32,000 nt of DNA from Opitutia bacterium KCR 482 (GCA_029269845.2 CP149973.1:360001-392000), one strand, 5' to 3'. Positions 8,232 through 18,026 are shown, counted from the stretch's first letter. Notes: generated from the letters alone by a model not told the origin. Translations and numbers: made by a program.

Positions 8232-8565
8232 TTTGTTTGTTTCTCCAGTTAGTTATTTGGAAATTTTGTCTGAGGTAAAACTTCCCATAAAAATCATTGT
8301 TTGTTTTATGAAACAAAAAATTCTCTTCAATCTTTTTTTCAAAATTTATGCAAAAAAAGTTCCGCTTTCCCGCAAAACATACATTTTTGTGCAAAACGGG
8401 TCGATTTACCCCAAGCCCGAGCTTTCGTTTTCGGCGTACCCCCCCCGGAAATTTATCCGCAAACCCTCCCCTTTTTTGCGTCCGACAAATATTTCTTGAA
8501 AACGCGCGGCGGCAGGCGGTATTTTTTTCCGAAAATCCGAAAACAGACAAAGCGCATTCACAGAC
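8232..8565. promoter_or_regulatory. long AT-rich divergent promoter/leader region between pckG and the uvrA paralogue
   Basis: 334 bp without a credible ORF, and visibly AT-rich against GC-rich flanks. It contains a C8 run (8439-8446) and CCCTCCCC followed by T6 (8464-8477). Individual promoter elements are not confidently assignable. Confidence 0.4.
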
Positions 8566-11046
8566 ATGGCGGACAAAATCGAAATCAGGGGCGCGCGCGT
8601 CCACAACCTCAAAAATATTAATGTAGACATTCCGCTCGGCAAGCTTGTCGGGATAGCGGGAGTGTCGGGTTCGGGAAAGTCGTCGCTTGCGCTCGGCGTG
8701 TTGTACGCGGAGGGCTCGCGGCGGTATCTCGACTCGCTCTCGACATACACGCGCAGGCGAATGACGCAGGCCGCCGCCGCGCAGGTGGACGAAGTTCTCT
8801 ACGTTCCCGCCGCCCTCGCGCTCAGGCAGAGACCAGCGGCGGCGGGCATTCGCAGCACTTTCGGCACGGGGACGGAGCTGCTGAACGTGCTGCGCCTGAT
8901 GTTTTCGAGGCTCGCAAGCCACAGGTGTCCGAACGGGCACTACCTGCCGCCGACGCTTGCGGTCGCCGCCGAAAAAGAGCTTGTGTGCCCCGTTTGCGGA
9001 GCGCGGTTCTACGCGCCGTCGGCGGAGGATTTGGCGTTCAACGGCAGGGGCGCGTGCCGCAAATGCGACGGCACGGGCTTTGTGAGAACCGTAGACAGGT
9101 CAACACTCGTGCCCGACGAGTCGCTGACAATCGACGGCGGGGCGGTCGCGCCGTGGAATTCGCTGATGTGGTCGCTCATGACCGACGTCTGCCGCGCGAT
9201 GGGCGTGCGCACCGACGTTCCATTCCGCGAGCTTACGCAAAAGGAGCGCGAAATCGTCTTCGACGGGCCTCCCGAAAAAAAGCATATTTTCTACAAGGCA
9301 AAAAGCTCCAATCAGGCGGGCGAGCTTGATTTTACCTACTACAACGCGGTCTACACGGTCGAAAACGCCCTCGCGAAAGTGAAGGACGAAAAGGGCTTCA
9401 AGCGCGTCGAGAAATTCCTCAAAACCGAAGTCTGCCCCGACTGCGGCGGAACTCGGCTTTCCGACGCCGCGCGCGCGCCGAAAATCGGGGGATTGTCGTT
9501 AGACGCCGTATGCAAAATGCCGCTTGCGGAGTCGCTCGAATGGGTCGCCGCCGTGCCGAAGTCGCTGGCAGCCGAAATGCGCCCCATGGCGGAAAGCATT
9601 TGCGGCGCGTACAAAAACACGGCAAAACGCCTCTCCGACTTGGGGCTTGGATACCTCGAACTCGACCGCGCCGCCGCCACGCTCTCCACGGGCGAACGCC
9701 AGCGAATGTACCTTGCCCGCGCCGTCCGCAACCGCACCACGGGCATTCTCTACGTTCTGGACGAGCCGTCGATAGGGCTGCACCCCGCGAATCTCGACGG
9801 CTTGAAGGGCGTCGTGCGCGACCTCATCGCCGACGGAAACTCCGTCGTGCTCGTAGACCACGACACCAAGATTTTGGCGGAGTCCGACTGGCTGATAGAA
9901 ATGGGCCCCGACGCGGGCGCGAAAGGCGGGAGGGTCGTGGCGCAGGGAAGCGTCGCCGACATCGAAAAAAATCCCGATTCGAAAATCGGCAAATTCCTTT
10001 CGGGAAAGACCGCCGTGCCGCCGCGCAAACGCGCCGCCAAAGGCGAAGTTTTCGGCATCGGAAAAATCCGCATGGAGACTTCGGCAATCCACACGGTCAA
10101 GCCGCTTTCAGTCGAAATTCCCAAAGGCAGGCTGACGGCGATTACGGGCGTTTCGGGTTCGGGGAAAACCACGCTCGTTTTGGAATGCCTCGCCCCCGCG
10201 CTCGAAGCGAACGCCAAGGGCAAGCCCCTGCCGCCGCACGTCAAGCGGCTCGACGCGTGCGGAATCGGGAGCGTCAAGCTAATCGACGCATCTCCCATCG
10301 GCGTGAACGTGCGCTCGACCGTCGCGACCTACGCGAATGTCCACGACGACCTCAGAAAAATCTTCGCAAAAACCGCCGACGCAAAACGGCTCGGATACAC
10401 CGCAAGCGACTTCTCGTACAACACGGGCAAACTGCGCTGCCCCACATGCGACGGCACGGGCGAAATTTCGCTCGACGTCCAGTTCCTGCCCGACGTTGAC
10501 ATTCCCTGCCCCGACTGCCGCGGCTCGCGCTACGCCCGCGCGGCGAACGCCGTCAAATGCGCCTGCAAAAACAAGAGCGCCGAGTACTCCCTGCCCGAAA
10601 TCATGGACATGACCGTAAACGACGCAATCGACGCCTGCTCCGACATGAAGCCCGTCCGCCAGAAGTTGGAGACCCTGCGCGAAATCGGGCTTGGATACCT
10701 CACACTCGGCGAGGCAACCCCCGGGCTTTCGGGCGGCGAGGCGCAGCGACTAAAACTCGCGGAGGAAATCGACAAACGGCAGTCGGACGCCATCTTCGTT
10801 TTCGACGAGCCCACAATCGGGCTTCACCCGCTCGACGTGCAGACGCTGCTGGGAGTCTTCCAAAAGCTCGTCGAAAACGGCGCGACGGTCGTCGTAATTG
10901 AGCACGACCTCGACGTCATAAAAAACGCCGACTACATAATAGACATGGGCCCAGACGGCGGCAAGGCTGGCGGCGAAATCGTCGCCTGCGGCACGCCCGA
11001 CGACGTAAAGAAATCTCCGCGCAGCCGCACCGCAAAATTTCTGTAA
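8566..11046 (+). CDS. uvrA: UvrA-family ABC ATPase, short paralogue lacking the UvrB-binding domain (class II-like)
   Basis: 826 aa with two ABC modules: Walker [10 protein letters not shown] and GVSGSGKTT, signatures LSTGERQR and LSGGEAQR. Zn-module cysteines are [29 protein letters not shown] and CPDCRG. Only ~20 aa separate C121 from C141-x2-C144, where canonical UvrA inserts ~110-130 aa. Confidence 0.9.
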   Translation: MADKIEIRGARVHNLKNINVDIPLGKLVGIAGVSGSGKSSLALGVLYAEGSRRYLDSLSTYTRRRMTQAAAAQVDEVLYVPAALALRQRPAAAGIRSTFGTGTELLNVLRLMFSRLASHRCPNGHYLPPTLAVAAEKELVCPVCGARFYAPSAEDLAFNGRGACRKCDGTGFVRTVDRSTLVPDESLTIDGGAVAPWNSLMWSLMTDVCRAMGVRTDVPFRELTQKEREIVFDGPPEKKHIFYKAKSSNQAGELDFTYYNAVYTVENALAKVKDEKGFKRVEKFLKTEVCPDCGGTRLSDAARAPKIGGLSLDAVCKMPLAESLEWVAAVPKSLAAEMRPMAESICGAYKNTAKRLSDLGLGYLELDRAAATLSTGERQRMYLARAVRNRTTGILYVLDEPSIGLHPANLDGLKGVVRDLIADGNSVVLVDHDTKILAESDWLIEMGPDAGAKGGRVVAQGSVADIEKNPDSKIGKFLSGKTAVPPRKRAAKGEVFGIGKIRMETSAIHTVKPLSVEIPKGRLTAITGVSGSGKTTLVLECLAPALEANAKGKPLPPHVKRLDACGIGSVKLIDASPIGVNVRSTVATYANVHDDLRKIFAKTADAKRLGYTASDFSYNTGKLRCPTCDGTGEISLDVQFLPDVDIPCPDCRGSRYARAANAVKCACKNKSAEYSLPEIMDMTVNDAIDACSDMKPVRQKLETLREIGLGYLTLGEATPGLSGGEAQRLKLAEEIDKRQSDAIFVFDEPTIGLHPLDVQTLLGVFQKLVENGATVVVIEHDLDVIKNADYIIDMGPDGGKAGGEIVACGTPDDVKKSPRSRTAKFL

Positions 11047-11235
11047 ACCGCGCCAAGACACAGCCGCAAGCCGACGCCGGCAGTCATCGCCCAAACGACG
11101 CAAAAAAACGCCGCGCGGTGTCGGGATAAAATCCTCCCGACCGCCAAATCACGCCCCCCGCAAAGCCCTCCGAAAAACCGCGCAATCCCTCCAAGATACG
11201 GTTGCCGCAATTTCGCAAACCGCAAGCGCGGGCGC

Positions 11236-11268
11236 AAAAAAAGCGGCGTCCGATTTCCCGAACGCCGC
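11236..11268 (-). terminator. rho-independent terminator of purL
   Basis: 7-bp stem GCGGCGT (11243-11249) / ACGCCGC (11262-11268). On the minus strand it is followed immediately by T7 (complement of A7 at 11236-11242). It begins 16 nt after the purL stop. Confidence 0.7.
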
Positions 11269-11283
11269 AATTTTCAACGGGTG

Positions 11284-14200
11284 TTATTTGAAGTACTTCA
11301 CGCCCGCGCCGAATATCGGCTGGACTTTGTTGCCGACAATGTTTTTGCCGACGTTTTCGCCGAAACGCTCGGTGTGCCCCATCTTGCCGAACACGAGTCC
11401 GTCGGGGCTTGTGATGCCCTCGATTGCGTGCAGAGAGCCGTTCGGGTTGAACGGAATCGACGCGCTCGGATTTCCGCTTTCGTCGACATACTGCGTTGCG
11501 ATTTGCCCGTTGCGCGCAAGGGATTCAACCACCGACTGCGGGGCTATGAATTTGCCCTCGCCGTGCGAGACGGGAATCATGTATTCGTCGCCTACGTTGC
11601 AGTCGGCAAGCCACGGCGAGAGCGTGCTTGCCACGCGCGTGCGGACATAGCAGCTGACGTGTCTGCCGATGTTGTTGTATGTGAGCGTGGGGCTGTCGGG
11701 CTTCAATTCGCGGACTTCGCCGAAAGGCACAAGACCCAGCTTGATGAGAGCCTGAAAACCGTTGCAAATGCCCAAAATCAAGCCCTTGCGGTCTTTCAGC
11801 AGGCGCATAACTGCGTCGGTAAGCGCGGGGTTGCGGAAGACTGCGGCGATGAATTTGCCCGAACCCGCAGGTTCGTCGCCCGCGCTGAATCCGCCCGGAA
11901 TCATGAGAATTTGCGATTCGTCGATGAGCTTTTTCATCTCGGCAATCGAGAACGCCACGTCCGCGTCGGTCATGTTGCGGAACACGAAAGTTTTTGCGAC
12001 AGCCCCCGCGCGTTCGAACGCCCGCGCGGTGTCGTATTCGCAGTTCGTTCCGGGGAAGACGGGAATGAACACCTGCGGCTTGGCGCACTTCGACGGCGCA
12101 AGGGCGACGTTCTTGTTCGCGAACGAGGGTTTGAGGATTTCCCCGTTTTGAGAGTCCGCCGCAAGCGTCGGGAAGGTGCCTTCAAGCGGCGCGTTCCACG
12201 CCTTTTTAAGCTCGGAAATTTCGATTGCCGCCGAGCCGATTTTGATTTCGGGGCGCGATATTGTTTTTCCCACGATTTTCGCGCCGTCGAGCGTCGCGCC
12301 GTCGGCAAGTTCCACGAGCATTGCGCCGTAGTCGAGATCGAACGCGTCGCAGTCGGCGTCGAACTCGAAGCCGATTTCGTTGCCGAACGACATCTTTGCG
12401 ACAGCCTCCGCAAGTCCGCCGAAACGCAGTGTGTGCGCGGCGAGAATTTTCCCCGCCTTGACCGCTTCGTAGACCGCCGCGTATTTTTTCTTGGCGTCGT
12501 CCCAGTCGGGCGTGAGGTCGGCGCGTTTTGCGACCTCCAAGAGCGCGACGCGCGAACCCGCCTTTTTAAATTCGGGCGAAAGCGCGTTGCGGACATCGCA
12601 CGGGCACATAGCAAAGCTTACCAAAGTCGGGGGAACGTCGATGTCGTTGAACGAACCCGACATCGAGTCCTTGCCGCCGATTGCCGCCGACCCCAGCTCC
12701 ATCTGCGCTTCGAACGCGCCGAGCAACGCCGCAAGCGGTTTGCCCCAGCGCGTCGGATTGTCGCGCAGTTTTTCGAAATATTCCTGAAAAGTGAAGCGTA
12801 TGCGCGATATGTCTCCGCCCGCCGCCGCGATTTTCGCGACGCTTTCGAGCACTGCGTACTGCGCCCCGTGGAACGGACTCCACTTCGAGATGTTCGGGTT
12901 GAAGCCGAAAGAGAACAGCGTGCCCGTGTTTGTGTCGCCTTTGAGAAGCGGAATTTTGGAGCACATCGCCTCCGGCTGCGTTGCGAGTTTCGCGCCGCCG
13001 TAGGGGTGCAGAACCGCGCTCGCGCCAATCGAAGAGTCGAAGCGTTCAACAAGCCCGCGCTGCGAGCAGCAGTTGAGCGACGAAAGCATTTCGAGCCACG
13101 CGGATTTGTCGGAGGCGCGTTTTTTGTTCGGCGCAAAAGGCGTGTTTTCCGAGGGTTCGGTAATTTCCGCGCGAGCCACCGCGACCGTGCCGTTTGTGTC
13201 GAGGAAGTCGCGCCGCAGGTTTACGACGGCGTCGCCCTTCCACTTCATCACGAGTCTGCCGCTGTCGGTGACGTTCGCAACGTGCGTACATTCGAGGTTT
13301 TCCTCCGCCGCGTATTCCCTGAATTTTTCGGCGTCCGCGGGCGAAACCACAACCGCCATGCGCTCCTGCGATTCGGAAATGGCAAGCTCGGTGCCGTCGA
13401 GTCCGCGGTATTTTTTGGGAACGGCGTCGAGGTTGATTTCGAGCGACGGCGCAAGCTCTCCTATCGCCACCGACACGCCGCCCGCGCCGAAGTCGTTGCA
13501 GCGTTTGATGAGCAGGCTCGCCTTGGGATTGCGGAAGAGCCTCTGCAATTTGCGTTCCATCGGGGCGTCGCCCTTCTGGACTTCCGCGGAGTTTTCGAGA
13601 GCCTTTTCGGTGTGGTCTTTCGACGAACCCGTCGCGCCGCCGATGCCGTCGCGCCCCGTGCGCCCGCCGACAAGCAGAATTACGTCGCCCTTTTCGGGAG
13701 TGCCGCGGTATACCATGTCGCGGGGGGCGGCGGCTACGACCGCGCCGATTTCCATGCGTTTTGCGACGTATCCTTCGTCGTAAATTTCAACAACCTGCCC
13801 CGTCGCAAGCCCTATTTGGTTGCCGTAGCTGCTGTATCCGTTAGCCGCGCCCGTTACGATTTTCTTTTGCGGAAGCTTGCCCGCGAGCGTTTTTTCGAAC
13901 GGCGTGCGGGGGTCTCCCGCGCCCGTAATGCGCATTGCCTGATAGACGTAGCTTCTGCCCGAAAGGGGGTCTCGGATTGCGCCGCCGAGACATGTAGCCG
14001 CGCCGCCGAAAGGTTCGATTTCCGTCGGGTGGTTGTGCGTTTCGTTCTTGAACATCACAAGCCACTCCTGCTTTTGCCCGTCTACGTCGACTTCGACGAC
14101 GATGCTTGCGGCGTTGATTTCCTCGCTTTCTTCAAGGTTGGCAAGCTTGCCCGCCTTGCGGAGAGCGCGCATTCCGATGAGGGCAACGTCCATGAGGCAG

Positions 14201-15000
14201 ACGTGTTTGCCGCGCTCGGCGAGTTTGAGCTCGGCGCGGATTGAAAGGTATTTTTGCCAAGCCGCCTCTATCGGCTTTGCGAATTTTCCGCCGTCGATTT
14301 TTACGTCTTCGAGGTGCGTAAGGAATGTCGTGTGGCGGCAGTGGTCGCTCCAATAGGTGTCGAGCACTTTGATTTCGGTAATGGAGGGGTCGCGCTTTTC
14401 GGTTTTTGCGAAGTAGTCGCGGCAGAACGCGAGGTCTTTTACCGACATCGCAAGCGACATCTTTTTGTGGAGCGCGGCGATTTCCTCGTCGGACATCGAA
14501 ACAAAGCCCGCTATTCGCGCGACGCTCGACGGAATCTTCGCCGCCTTTACGAGAGTGTCGGGCTTTTCGAGGGACGCCTCGCGGCTGTCCACCGCGTTTA
14601 TGAGGTATTTTTTAATACGCGCGACGTCGTTTTCCGACAGACCCTTTCCGAAGACGTAGACTCGGGCGCACGCGACTGTCGGGCGGGTTTTCGCCACAAT
14701 CTGCACGCACTGTTCCGCCGAGTCTGCGCGCTGGTCGAACTGCCCTGGGAGGTATTCGACGGCGAAGACCGTGTCGCCGTCCGCCGTCGGGAACGTTTCC
14801 TCGTAGATATTTTCCACGGGGGCTTCGCAGAAAATCAGGTTTTTGACGGACTCGAACTGCGCGTCGTCAACGCCCTCTATATCGTAGCGTTGGAGCACGC
14901 GCGCTGGGGGAATTTCCATGTTAAGGTTGCCCTTCAAATCGTTGAGGAGCGCGGTTGACGAGTGTCCGTTTTTTTCTTCTACAAAAACTCTGCGAATCAT
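11284..15000 (-). CDS. purL: phosphoribosylformylglycinamidine synthase, single-chain (PurS-PurL-PurQ fused) form
   Basis: 1238 aa. The FGAM synthase core is ETHNHPTEIEPFGGAATCLGGAIRD. The C-terminal glutaminase has the nucleophile motif LGICNGFQAL and HGEGKF. Confidence 0.95.
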   Translation of the reverse strand: MIRRVFVEEKNGHSSTALLNDLKGNLNMEIPPARVLQRYDIEGVDDAQFESVKNLIFCEAPVENIYEETFPTADGDTVFAVEYLPGQFDQRADSAEQCVQIVAKTRPTVACARVYVFGKGLSENDVARIKKYLINAVDSREASLEKPDTLVKAAKIPSSVARIAGFVSMSDEEIAALHKKMSLAMSVKDLAFCRDYFAKTEKRDPSITEIKVLDTYWSDHCRHTTFLTHLEDVKIDGGKFAKPIEAAWQKYLSIRAELKLAERGKHVCLMDVALIGMRALRKAGKLANLEESEEINAASIVVEVDVDGQKQEWLVMFKNETHNHPTEIEPFGGAATCLGGAIRDPLSGRSYVYQAMRITGAGDPRTPFEKTLAGKLPQKKIVTGAANGYSSYGNQIGLATGQVVEIYDEGYVAKRMEIGAVVAAAPRDMVYRGTPEKGDVILLVGGRTGRDGIGGATGSSKDHTEKALENSAEVQKGDAPMERKLQRLFRNPKASLLIKRCNDFGAGGVSVAIGELAPSLEINLDAVPKKYRGLDGTELAISESQERMAVVVSPADAEKFREYAAEENLECTHVANVTDSGRLVMKWKGDAVVNLRRDFLDTNGTVAVARAEITEPSENTPFAPNKKRASDKSAWLEMLSSLNCCSQRGLVERFDSSIGASAVLHPYGGAKLATQPEAMCSKIPLLKGDTNTGTLFSFGFNPNISKWSPFHGAQYAVLESVAKIAAAGGDISRIRFTFQEYFEKLRDNPTRWGKPLAALLGAFEAQMELGSAAIGGKDSMSGSFNDIDVPPTLVSFAMCPCDVRNALSPEFKKAGSRVALLEVAKRADLTPDWDDAKKKYAAVYEAVKAGKILAAHTLRFGGLAEAVAKMSFGNEIGFEFDADCDAFDLDYGAMLVELADGATLDGAKIVGKTISRPEIKIGSAAIEISELKKAWNAPLEGTFPTLAADSQNGEILKPSFANKNVALAPSKCAKPQVFIPVFPGTNCEYDTARAFERAGAVAKTFVFRNMTDADVAFSIAEMKKLIDESQILMIPGGFSAGDEPAGSGKFIAAVFRNPALTDAVMRLLKDRKGLILGICNGFQALIKLGLVPFGEVRELKPDSPTLTYNNIGRHVSCYVRTRVASTLSPWLADCNVGDEYMIPVSHGEGKFIAPQSVVESLARNGQIATQYVDESGNPSASIPFNPNGSLHAIEGITSPDGLVFGKMGHTERFGENVGKNIVGNKVQPIFGAGVKYFK

Positions 15001-15116
15001 TCAAAACAGTTTCGCGAAATCTTGCCCTTTCGCAATTCTTTTCTTGAAAAAAATAAAAATTCGAACGCCGCGCAAAAAAACTTTTACAAGCGGGAGAATT
15101 ATGGTAGATTCGACGA

Positions 15117-16037
15117 ATGTTGAAAAAATGCGCAATTATAACCGCATGCGCCGCAGCAATGCTCTGCGCCGCGCACGCAAGAATAACGTCTTTCGGAGAA
15201 CCCGCAAAATACGGGCTTTCCCCCTCGCCCGAAAATTGGTACGACGTAAACCCCTACACTTGGGACGTTTTCACGACTTTCGACGGCGACAAAATCATGG
15301 GCGCTGGCACCGAACGCTACACAATGCTCGGCGCGGAATGCTACTCGACGGGAGTCATTGAGGGCAGAAAAGTGGGCGACTTCACTGCGGTTGCCTCCCT
15401 CGTAGACAGGGGCGCGTTCTTCGGCGGCGACGGATACCTCGACCTCTACTACTTCGCGCCCGTTGACGCCAACAAATACGCACAGCAAATCAATTTCTTC
15501 GGCGGATGGAAGTACAACCTCAACCAGTACCTCGACATCGACATCGGCGGCAACATGATTTATTCCACAAAGCGCGTCGTAGGCCCCGGTCTTGTGGTGG
15601 AGGGCATGGGCGGCGAAACCCTGCGCGGCGATATCTACATAGGCTTTACCACAAACAAGCTCTACGTTGCGCCTTTCGTCTTTGCGGGCTACGACCCGAC
15701 CTACGACGAGCTTCGCCTCACGGCGGGCTTTGCGCCGAGCGTAGACCTCGAACCAATCACGGGAATCCGCGGTCTTGCAATAGAAAGTAAGGCGATTTTC
15801 GGATACGTCAGGGCGCAGCGTTTTTCGGGCAGCGAAATAGTCGGCGGCGGCTATTGGCGGACTGAATACAGCTACATTCAGACGGAGGCAAACCTCGTCT
15901 ACACCTACAAGCACCTGCGCACGTTTGCGGGGGTCGGCTGGGCTATCCACGACGACGGCAAATACGCCCCCAACGGCGCGTATTTAGGCTCGGACAACAA
16001 CGTTTGGGTAGGCGGCGGCATCGGCTGGATTTTCTAA
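15117..16037 (+). CDS. putative outer-membrane beta-barrel protein (possibly Gcw_chp/TorF-like)
   Basis: 306 aa with a signal peptide MLKKCAIITACAAAMLCAAHA|R. It is rich in Gly/Tyr with alternating hydrophobic strands and a C-terminal aromatic residue (..GGGIGWIF). The segment INFFGGWKYNLNQYLDIDIGGNMIYS resembles the Gcw_chp pattern. It has its own AT-rich upstream region and a downstream terminator. Confidence 0.6.
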   Translation: MLKKCAIITACAAAMLCAAHARITSFGEPAKYGLSPSPENWYDVNPYTWDVFTTFDGDKIMGAGTERYTMLGAECYSTGVIEGRKVGDFTAVASLVDRGAFFGGDGYLDLYYFAPVDANKYAQQINFFGGWKYNLNQYLDIDIGGNMIYSTKRVVGPGLVVEGMGGETLRGDIYIGFTTNKLYVAPFVFAGYDPTYDELRLTAGFAPSVDLEPITGIRGLAIESKAIFGYVRAQRFSGSEIVGGGYWRTEYSYIQTEANLVYTYKHLRTFAGVGWAIHDDGKYAPNGAYLGSDNNVWVGGGIGWIF

Positions 16038-16119
16038 TCCGCCCTCCCCGCGCCTCCCGCTTCTGTCGGGAAAAACCGCGCCGCTTCAAGCGGCGAAAAG
16101 CACGCCAATTTTGGGCAAC

Positions 16120-16149
16120 AAAAAACCGCGCCGTTTCGGGCGCGGTTTT
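16120..16149. terminator. bidirectional terminator between the OM-barrel gene and clpX
   Basis: Stem CCGCGCC (16126-16132) / GGCGCGG (16139-16145) with loop GTTTCG. It is flanked by A6 (16120-16125) and T4 plus a further T-rich tail (16146-). A second hairpin CGCCGC-TTCAA-GCGGCG lies at 16079-16095. Confidence 0.75.
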
Positions 16150-16168
16150 GCGTTTTGCGCGTTTCGAA

Positions 16169-17398
16169 TTATTCGAAAGTCTTTTTCACGGTTTCCGCGT
16201 CAACCACGACTTTCTTTTTGGAGGAATCGTCGGGCAGTTCGTACATTACGTTTAGCATTATGCTTTCCATAATGGAGCGCAGGGCGCGCGCGCCCGTGCC
16301 GAAGTCCATCGCCTTTTGCGCGACCGCTTCGACCGCGTCGGCTGTAAATTCGAGCTTCACGCCGTCGAGCGAAAGCAGCTTGGAATACTGGCGCACGAGC
16401 GAGTTTTTCGTCTCGGTGAGAATGTGAACCAAGTCGTCTTTCGTAAGTTCGTTGAGCGTGCAGACAACGGGAAGTCTGCCGATAAACTCCGGAATGAAGC
16501 CGAACGACACCAAGTCTTCGGGCTGAACCTTGTCTTTAAAAGACTTCTTTTTGCCGTCGGCCTCCGACGCTTCGCCGCTTTCGTTGAAGCCCATGACCTT
16601 TTCGTCGGCGCGTCGGGCGATGATTTTGTCCAAGCCCACGAACGCCCCGCCGCAGATGAAAAGTATGTTGCGGGTGTTTACCCTGATATACTCTTGGTCG
16701 GGGTGTTTTCTTCCGCCCTTCGGGGGAATGTTGCAGACCGTGCCTTCGAGTATTTTAAGGAGCGCCTGTTGGACGCCCTCGCCGCCGACGTCGCGCGTAA
16801 TGGAAACGTTTTCCATTTTGCGGCAGATTTTGTCGATTTCGTCGATGTACACGATTCCGCATTCCGCGCGGGACACGTCGAAATCCGCCGCCCGCAGGAG
16901 GTTGAGGACTATGTTTTCGACGTCTTCGCCAACGTAGCCCGCCTCGGTTACATTTGTTGCGTCGCCGATTGCGAACGGCACGTTTAGCATTTTTGCGAGC
17001 GTGCGCGCCAAATACGTTTTGCCGCTGCCCGTAGGCCCTATGAGCAGCACATTGCTCTTTTCGATTTCCACGTCCGCGAAATCGCCGTCGGCTTTCTCTT
17101 TGAGGATTTCCGATTTCAGGCGTTTGTAGTGGTTGTACACCGCAACGCTCAAAACCTTTTTCGCCTCGTCCTGCCCCACAACGTATTTGTCAAGCTCGGA
17201 CTTCATTTCGGAGGGCTTGCGCACCTGAAAGTCGAGCGATTCCGCCATGTCTTTGCGCTTCGACTTGGCGTCTCGCAGGGCTATCGCGTTGTGGAGAACC
17301 TCGACGCACTGCGGGCAAATTGTCGCGCCGTTCGCGCCGGGGACAAGCTCGCCCACGACGTCAATCGGACGCCCGCAAAAACTGCATTTGTCTTTCAT
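16169..17398 (-). CDS. clpX: ATP-dependent Clp protease ATP-binding subunit ClpX
   Basis: 409 aa with an N-terminal zinc ribbon (CSFCGR...CPQC), Walker [18 protein letters not shown] and Walker [10 protein letters not shown]. It starts 2 nt after the clpP stop. Confidence 0.97.
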   Translation of the reverse strand: MKDKCSFCGRPIDVVGELVPGANGATICPQCVEVLHNAIALRDAKSKRKDMAESLDFQVRKPSEMKSELDKYVVGQDEAKKVLSVAVYNHYKRLKSEILKEKADGDFADVEIEKSNVLLIGPTGSGKTYLARTLAKMLNVPFAIGDATNVTEAGYVGEDVENIVLNLLRAADFDVSRAECGIVYIDEIDKICRKMENVSITRDVGGEGVQQALLKILEGTVCNIPPKGGRKHPDQEYIRVNTRNILFICGGAFVGLDKIIARRADEKVMGFNESGEASEADGKKKSFKDKVQPEDLVSFGFIPEFIGRLPVVCTLNELTKDDLVHILTETKNSLVRQYSKLLSLDGVKLEFTADAVEAVAQKAMDFGTGARALRSIMESIMLNVMYELPDDSSKKKVVVDAETVKKTFE

Positions 17399-17400
17399 TA

Positions 17401-17997
17401 CTACGCGTCGCGCTTTCTCTCGATTACCTTGTCGACGATGCCGTAAGCAACCGCCTCTTCGGCGGTCATGAAGAAGTCGCGGTCCGAGTCTTTTTCGATT
17501 TGCTCGACCGATTTCCCCGTGTCTTTCGAGAGGATTTCGTTAATTTTTTTGCGCCAGCGCAGAATTTCGTTCGCGGCGATTGAAATGTCGCGCGACTGCC
17601 CCGTCGCGCCGCCGTAGGGCTGGTGAATCATCACGCGCGAGTTGGGCAGCGAGTACCGTTTGCCCTTTGTACCCGCCGCAAGAAGAATCGTCGCCATGCT
17701 CGCCGCCTGACCGACGCAGTAAGTCACCACGTCGCAGTGGAGGAACTTCATGGTGTCGTAAATCGCCATGCCCGCCGTTAGCGAGCCTCCGGGGCTGTTG
17801 ATGTAGATGTGAATGTCCTTCTTTGCGTCCTCCATTTGGAGAAAGAGCAACTGGGCGATTACGGCATTGGCAACGCCGTCGGTGATAGGCGTGCCGATGA
17901 ACACGATTCTGTCTTTCAGAAGGCGCGAATAGACGTCCCACGAACGCTCGGTTCTGCCGTCGCGTTCGAAAACCGTAGGTATATAATATTCTCCCAT
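17401..17997 (-). CDS. clpP: ATP-dependent Clp protease proteolytic subunit
   Basis: 198 aa. The catalytic triad context is GQAASMA (Ser), MIHQP (His) and [11 protein letters not shown] (Asp). AAGGAAAC lies upstream of the ATG at 17997. Confidence 0.97.
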   Translation of the reverse strand: MGEYYIPTVFERDGRTERSWDVYSRLLKDRIVFIGTPITDGVANAVIAQLLFLQMEDAKKDIHIYINSPGGSLTAGMAIYDTMKFLHCDVVTYCVGQAASMATILLAAGTKGKRYSLPNSRVMIHQPYGGATGQSRDISIAANEILRWRKKINEILSKDTGKSVEQIEKDSDRDFFMTAEEAVAYGIVDKVIERKRDA

Positions 17998-18026
17998 GTT
18001 TCCTTTGATGTGAAGTTTTAAATCGG

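Noticed and set aside
6486-8252. 588-aa + strand ORF opposite pckG. Similar cases: 19874-21067 (+) opposite mrdA, 27231-28637 (-) opposite the glycosyltransferase, 8182-8940 (-), 9510-10499 (+)
   Set aside because: All are antisense or out-of-frame shadows of confidently identified genes. They are Arg-rich, lack recognisable domains and have no plausible RBS or start context.
8232-8565. Search for an SOS (LexA) operator upstream of the uvrA paralogue
   Set aside because: I found no CTGT-N8-ACAG, GAAC-N4-GTTC or TGTTC-N4-GAACA type palindrome by eye. The LexA motif of this lineage is unknown to me, so absence is not informative.
8301-8621. Small ORFs inside the pckG/uvrA intergenic region (track ORFs 8301-8621 and 8348-8626; ATG 8308-8499, 63 aa)
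   Set aside because: Their AT-rich codon usage is unlike every confident gene here, they have no RBS, and they overlap the uvrA paralogue start. They are most likely non-coding.
11047-11283. Apparent enrichment of the pentamer CGCAA (about nine copies) in this and other intergenic regions
   Set aside because: The same pentamer is abundant in coding sequence here (about six copies in a 360-nt stretch of the AsmA-like gene) because of CGC/GCA + AAA codon usage. It therefore reflects composition, not a site.
11281-14244. 987-aa ORF on the + strand, the longest entry in the track after purL itself
   Set aside because: It lies entirely antisense to purL, whose translation is unmistakable. Its product is a low-information Arg/Ala/Val/Phe/Glu-rich sequence with no motifs. 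Long stop-free antisense frames are expected opposite genes with this GC-rich codon bias.
15001-15116. Possible purine riboswitch ahead of purL and lysine riboswitch ahead of lysA (25771-25792)
   Set aside because: The purL leader is at most 116 nt and shows none of the conserved purine-aptamer loop sequences. lysA has only a 22-nt gap after dsbD, which is too short for any riboswitch.
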